A stretch of 63,094 bases of DNA, counting the filler, from Craspedostauros australis (taxonomy: Eukaryota), in NCBI GenBank assembly GCA_030167865.1. It is 9 parts of 9 records of this genome, joined end to end, with 100 filler letters (N's around TTAATTAATTAA, not from the genome) between each part and the next. Parts side by side here need not be neighbours in the genome. Positions count along the whole stretch, not along the records: positions 40,512 to 63,094 come from JALAGF010001298.1; 8 more parts are not named here. One strand, written 5' to 3'. A model generated the notes under the pieces. That model saw only the letters and a list, made by a program, of their open reading frames with translations, searched no databases and had not been told where the DNA came from. This document shows positions 57,561-63,094 of this stretch, one piece after another. Position 1 is the first letter of the stretch; each line of letters begins with the position of its first letter. The translations under genes and the position numbers were made by a program.

Positions 57561-59012
57561 TGATTGAATCGATCGGCGTCCTGTGGCTAGAAAAGCGACT
57601 GGTCGGTCGGATGATGGCTGATGAATCGCAGCGTTATCGTATTAGTACAACTGTGGTGCATATACTTGTGCACACTCCGCGATGGATCAAGCTCGAATAC
57701 GGGGTAGTATCGGGCAGAGTTGTTGACACGAAGCACACCGTTTGATGTGTGAACGGTTGCGGTTGCTGTTTTCGTGGGAGAGGAGGAGGCCGAGGACGAA
57801 CAGATGATAGATGCCGCTTCAGAAACAACGCATCGCGCTTGGTTCGTCGCGGTCGTTTTGTTGGAATCGATGATGTGGCTGTTGTTGTCTCTCTCGACAC
57901 CACCGCTTGGCAACTGCGCACTTTCTGGTCTGTGAATCGGCTTTGGTGGATGTGTGGTACGAGCATGGCTTGTCCTCCAGCAGCTCCATTTCCCAAGCCT
58001 GTGTGCGTATCGTGCGAGCAGCTCGTGCATGTTGCGCCAAACGCGCCCACGAATCCGGCCTGCATTGGAAGTTCCGTGGACTTTTCCGAGTGGCCACCAC
58101 GAGAATACATTTGTCTCGCGCGGGTTTTGGCCGTTCTCTCCCGTGCCAGTTCGGCTGTGTCCCACACATGTGTCCGCGAATGGCGCGATCGTGGTCAATC
58201 CAGGTCGGTCGAATGGCAGTTGGTCCGGAGGAATGGCGGACAGAATTACAGAACTCCTTTTGTACCGTGTTCGTCAAATCGGCTAATCCTGAGCACTTAA
58301 GCGTGATTCTATTTTGCGGTTGAAGAGGCCACATGAACGATGGCGAACGTCGCTGCGAATGGTCGACAAATATGCCTTGGACCCGTGGTAGTGCTAAGTG
58401 TTGCCTAGGCAACGACGCTTGCCGCGATGGGCAAGGGATTGGACAGAATGGGCCTCCGCACACACACGAAATTCAGCCTCCGGTCGTTGTTCCTCTGTTC
58501 GTCTCCATTTGTGAGTCTGATTAAGGCAACCGCTCACACCAAGGAAGCTTTTTTCCATCGCCTCGATGCCACCACAAAACCGACCAGTGTAGAGTACAGC
58601 ATGGCATGTTGGAGCACAACACGGTATGACACCGTACTCGAGATAACTCGGAAAGGACTTCACCTGTTTCGTGTTCAACATGAAGCATGTCGAGCACCGC
58701 AGCTCTCACCCCAGAGAGCGCTCCATTGCGCAGCAAAGTAGACTATTCGACATGGTGCATGTACACAAACAATGCCCCTCCGCTACTTGCAAAGCTCCCA
58801 CCGGCAATACACGCTCTCAAGTGTGTGTTATTGCCAAACTTTGTCCATACAATACGACTAGAGTGCAAGTATTGGTATCCAACGCATGCAACGCTCCAGT
58901 GGCCGTGGATGCGTGGATGGATTCAATGGAGAATAGAAATGAGATTTCGCATCTGAACGCACGACGTGTTTTACAACAAGTGCAGAACAGAGCAGATGTT
59001 TCCTTCATCTGG

Positions 59013-59014
59013 TG

Positions 59015-59071
<57 letters not shown>
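59013..59071 (+). repeat. (TGC)n microsatellite
   Basis: About 19 triplets, read directly. Confidence 0.95.
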
Positions 59072-60782
59072 ACAATGGCGGTAATGGCGATGATGGATGA
59101 AGAGGGGATGGATTTCTCTCGATTAAGTCCATGTTGCTACTGCAATAAGGTAAGGGCAGGTTACGAGCATCTTGCTCGTGCGCTAGCAGACCAGTCGCCT
59201 ATAGAGACCCACGCGTTGCATCGTACTCTCCTTGTATTGCATTCTGCGCATTTCCGGGGAAGTGGAAACGTGCGAGTTCCTCGTATCAGCTGCTCGTATA
59301 ATACATGTGATATGGCGCGATTTGTTTCCAGAATTCAAGCTCTATACAAATATGCGCGATCAACATGGCGTTGTCTTGGCACACGATCGACGTTGACAAG
59401 GCAGGCGACTATGCACGAGGTAGATCAATCCCGGAGGATATTCCAACGCGCAGCAGATACCGTCTTGCGCTCTGAAACATACTCTAAACTTAACCCATCA
59501 ACGACAATGTGGCGACCAAAAGTGGCTTCATGTTGTGAATTGTTAAGGCGCTGCAACACTGGTGATCCTGAGGCGCATGTTCCCCATTCTCTCAACTCCT
59601 CCACATGTGGTGTTTGTGTACCTCGTCAATATTTCTGGAGAGACGAAAAAGTTACTTTGCGATTCATACCTGCTCCTCGTAGCACACTAAAGCACACTTG
59701 TTGATACCACGATCTATGCTACGCGCCATGACCCGACTCAGCCATGACCATGTTGCGTAGAGTGGGTCATGACACGAGGCTCAACCATGGTACAAGTATC
59801 GGTAAGGGTGGTGCAAATATTGCCCCTTGTTGAATGATGTGAAAGGAGCGTGATTAGTTGGCGATACGACGAACGAGACTGGTTCATCCGTCTCTTGAGA
59901 GGTGAAAGAACGTCTACATGCGTGTCCCATACTTCGATACCCGCACACCCACAGCAGCAGATCGAAAAACGTGGCGCACAGAACTATGAAACCAACAACA
60001 AAGAAATGTGCGTGGTGGACGATGACGAATGACAATCTGATCGATCCGCTCCAACGCCTTTCTTATTCTTAGCAGACGTGCTCCTGTGCACATGAAGGCC
60101 ATGCACCATACTAGAGCACTCTCTGCAGAATAATCTCTCTGTCTCTTCTCTCCCAAGAGACAGACAGACAGAGAGAGAGAGAGAGAGACAGTATCGTGCG
60201 AGCTAGAGTACGCGAGTCCTCAGACATATTATACGAGCATGTTGTGGAACCAAGCCAAATGCTCGCACACCTTGATGATCGGGCAGCCAACAGCCCCATC
60301 ACAACGAGGATTGAACACCAAGGAAAACCCTCACATGCTCTCCAGAATACACTACGTTGGATTGCGTACCACAAACTGTAGAGAATAATCTGTAGCACCA
60401 TTCTCCAGGGCAACCGGCTCTCTCAAGCTAGGTCGAACCAACATACGATCGTGGTGGCATGAGAAGACTTGATGGGGGACTTCAGCACGGCATGTCGATT
60501 AGTATCAAATCATGAATTCGTTTTGGATACATTTGCGTCGACACCGTGGATGACGCAGAGCGCTATTTCCTGTTTGCTCCTCTCCATTGTCGATGTCGCA
60601 GGTGAGTCACGTCAAAGGAACCGCGTTGTTAACCACATGTGCGATGATGATCCTGGTGCATTGACCAGCCGATCCCGCCAGCGGAAGGGCAAGCTCCGTG
60701 AGGGTCAAGACGCAGGAGCTTATTTGCTCATACATCAAAGTTGTGCTCCACATTTCTGATGTTGGCGCTACTTCTTGATCTG

Positions 60783-60826
60783 TTCGAATTGGCTTGATTC
60801 GAATTGGCTTGATTCGAATTGGCTTG
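60783..60826 (+). repeat. 15-bp tandem repeat TTCGAATTGGCTTGA x3
   Basis: Read directly. Confidence 0.9.
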
Positions 60827-62113
60827 GTTTGCGATCTGAGTTTGGCGAAGCGAGGCCCTTGGCGAAACGGACCTCTCGTTCCCGCGTCATTCCTCATCTC
60901 GCATGCTATTCCAGTCGAGCAGTGTTATCCATTGTCGCCACCGATAGATGAAGGTGGCGGATTCTGAAAGATGCAAGAGCACGAGGAGGGTAGATGTTCG
61001 TAGAGCAGGGTGGAGCAGAGTAGAGTAGATACTCTGACGATATTCTGCGGTACCTCCAATTCTTTGCAGCGGTGATACTAATGAGTTGTTGGAAAGCCCA
61101 ATCCTCGACATTCCACATTGCGTCTGCCGTTTCGTCCTACCGCGTGGCACGGAAGAGAACGCACGAGCAACAGAGAACACGGGCAGGATCAGAACAGTCA
61201 GGCGGCAGCACATCCGGAACCTTTCTGATGTCATTACCGTGTACTCGACTCGACTCGACTCTAATCTACTCGTACGTGTACCACAGGACGTATCCATGCG
61301 CCGGTTGCGGCACGACGAATACGCACGAACAATGCGAACGGCTCCGATGATCCACACGCACTCTGCGACCTTCTGCGCTCGCTAGACATGCACGTGCGTG
61401 TTCTGCGAGGCGGCTCCGTGCCGACCCCTGTGTTGGTGTGACGTCCCCGCGTAGAATTGCATTTATCAGGGCAAGAGCGGGGTGGAATGAGCATTGCAGA
61501 GTAACTGTAGAGTGCGTTATACAATGCTGACCATGCGAGAGCAGCTCGCAAGAGTTGGAACCAGAATCGTGCACTGTCCTGTAGCCTCCGTATGAAATCT
61601 AGAGAGGGAAAGACCGATTGATCATCGCATCCAAGAGTCCGTATGTCTGCCTGTCCGTACGATTGTTGTTGCTTTCCTCCCAGCCTACCGCTTACTATTC
61701 CGATTGATCCCAAACGTGAATTGGTTTCTCCACGACTGAGCTTGCCACACCAACAACGCGCAGCAGCGCGACAACCGTGGTTGGAAACGACCATGGCGCG
61801 TTGCGTGTGTGGCCACGGTGTTTGTGCGTTGATTGGCGACCAACCGCCAACAACAACAAATGCAGACCCCAACATTTCGACCCACCTCGCATCCCAGACC
61901 AAATCACAAAACCGGAAGGTCGAATGCCATCCTGAAGAAACAAGCCAAGCCAAGGTTAAACTGTTGCATCCGTTGTTGTCTAGACTTCGAACCGCAGCGT
62001 CCAAAGCTTCTCCCTCCGCAATACCTCCTAAACATTCTCTTGTGTTGTTTACTTGACCAGCACGCGTACCACTAAGCAAGCAAAGCAAGGCAAAGCAACT
62101 GACAACTGACAAC

Positions 62114-63085
62114 ATGCCTCTCTCTCCAGAACGCAAGGCCGAGTACTTCGAGAAGTTCAAGGCCCTCCTGTCCACCTACTCCAAGTGCTTCATCGTGGAG
62201 ATCGACAATGTCGGATCCATGCAGCTGCAGATGACCCGCAAGGGCCTCCGCGGCAAGGGCGAGGTGCTGATGGGAAAGAACACCATGATGCGCAAGTGCA
62301 TCCGCGAGTTCATGGAGGAAAACCCAGGCCACCCGGCCGAGCAGCTCATCTCCACCTGCCGCGGCAACGTGGGCTTCGTCTTCACCAACGGAGACCTCGG
62401 AGAGGTGCGCGAGGTCCTCGAGAGCAACACGCGTCCAGCCCCAGCGCGCGTGGGATCCCTGGCCCCCATCAACGTCATCGTCCCCAAGGGACCAACCGGC
62501 TGCGATCCAGGCCAGACCGCCTTCTTCCAGACCCTGCAGATCGCCACCAAGATCACCCGCGGACAGATTGAGATGGTCAACGACACGCCGCTCATCCAGG
62601 CCGGGGAGAAGGTCACCGCCTCGCAGGCCGCCCTCCTGCAGAAGCTCTCCATCGAGCCCTTCACCTACGGTCTCGTCCTCAAGTCCGTCTACGACAACGG
62701 CAGCCTCTTCGACGCCAAGGTCCTCGACATCACGGATGACGTCCTGGCCGCCAAGTTCTCCGACGCCCTCAAGATGCTGGCGTCGCTGTCCCTGGCCATC
62801 GGCATCCCGACCCAGGCCTCCGTGCCGCACTCCATCGCCAACGCCTTCAAGGCCGTGCTCGCTGTCACCATCCAGCTCGAGGGATACTCTTTCGACAAGG
62901 CCGACCAGTACGAGGACTACCTCAAGGACCCATCCAAGTTCGCCGGATCCGGTGGCGGAGGTGACGGCGGCGCCGGTGGTGAGGCCGCAGCCGAGGAGGA
63001 GAAGGAAGAAGAAGAGGAGGAAGAGATGGACCTCGGAGGTGGCATGGACATGTTCGGAGGAGACGAAGGCGGCGGTGACTACTAA
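62114..63085 (+). CDS. RPLP0: 60S acidic ribosomal protein P0 (uL10)
   Basis: DNVGSMQLQ, LMGKNTMMRK, GNVGFVFT, PAPARVG, GPTGCDPGQTAFFQ, KITRGQIE and an acidic tail. Confidence 0.98.
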   Translation: MPLSPERKAEYFEKFKALLSTYSKCFIVEIDNVGSMQLQMTRKGLRGKGEVLMGKNTMMRKCIREFMEENPGHPAEQLISTCRGNVGFVFTNGDLGEVREVLESNTRPAPARVGSLAPINVIVPKGPTGCDPGQTAFFQTLQIATKITRGQIEMVNDTPLIQAGEKVTASQAALLQKLSIEPFTYGLVLKSVYDNGSLFDAKVLDITDDVLAAKFSDALKMLASLSLAIGIPTQASVPHSIANAFKAVLAVTIQLEGYSFDKADQYEDYLKDPSKFAGSGGGGDGGAGGEAAAEEEKEEEEEEEMDLGGGMDMFGGDEGGGDY

Positions 63086-63094
63086 GCCCTATCC

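Noticed and set aside
59012..59704. 230-aa ORF with an apparent signal peptide
   Set aside because: The hydrophobic start is a CTG microsatellite with no ATG, and the rest shows no recognisable motif or codon bias.
57600..62100. Numerous short ORFs here and in 40700-44100 and 51900-55700
   Set aside because: No recognisable domains; treated as intergenic, although small spliced genes cannot be excluded.

Overview
Eukaryotic nuclear DNA, most likely from a (pennate) diatom. This is inferred from CoDi-type Copia proteins, HA-domain proteins, RXL-motif secreted proteins, GTACGT/GTGAGT introns and a bipartite plastid presequence. The window is a scaffold of at least 9 contigs joined by artificial N-TTAATTAATTAA-N spacers, so adjacency across those joins is unproven. 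Ordinary genes: START-like protein, tRNA-Ser(AGA), eIF2A, PHF5A (2 exons), two HA-domain paralogs and RPLP0. The centre (~9.5-31.7 kb) is a nested transposon graveyard: Copia elements and LTRs, a piggyBac-like 5' end, a mariner-like TIR and an LRR pseudogene. The most notable signals are: (1) a large, CpG-eroded tyrosine-recombinase gene with no visible RT, reconstructable only after removing an insertion; (2) two TAAT...ATTA insertions with 5-bp TSDs; (3) the C-terminal membrane module of a Pls/PosA-type homopoly(amino acid) synthetase; (4) a tRNA-like head fused to a LINE tail; (5) RXL-processed secreted proteins, including one with a duplicated unnamed Cys domain and a probable pseudo-metallopeptidase; (6) a plastid-targeted split DUF151/UVR-like protein. 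All family assignments are by eye; no searches were run.
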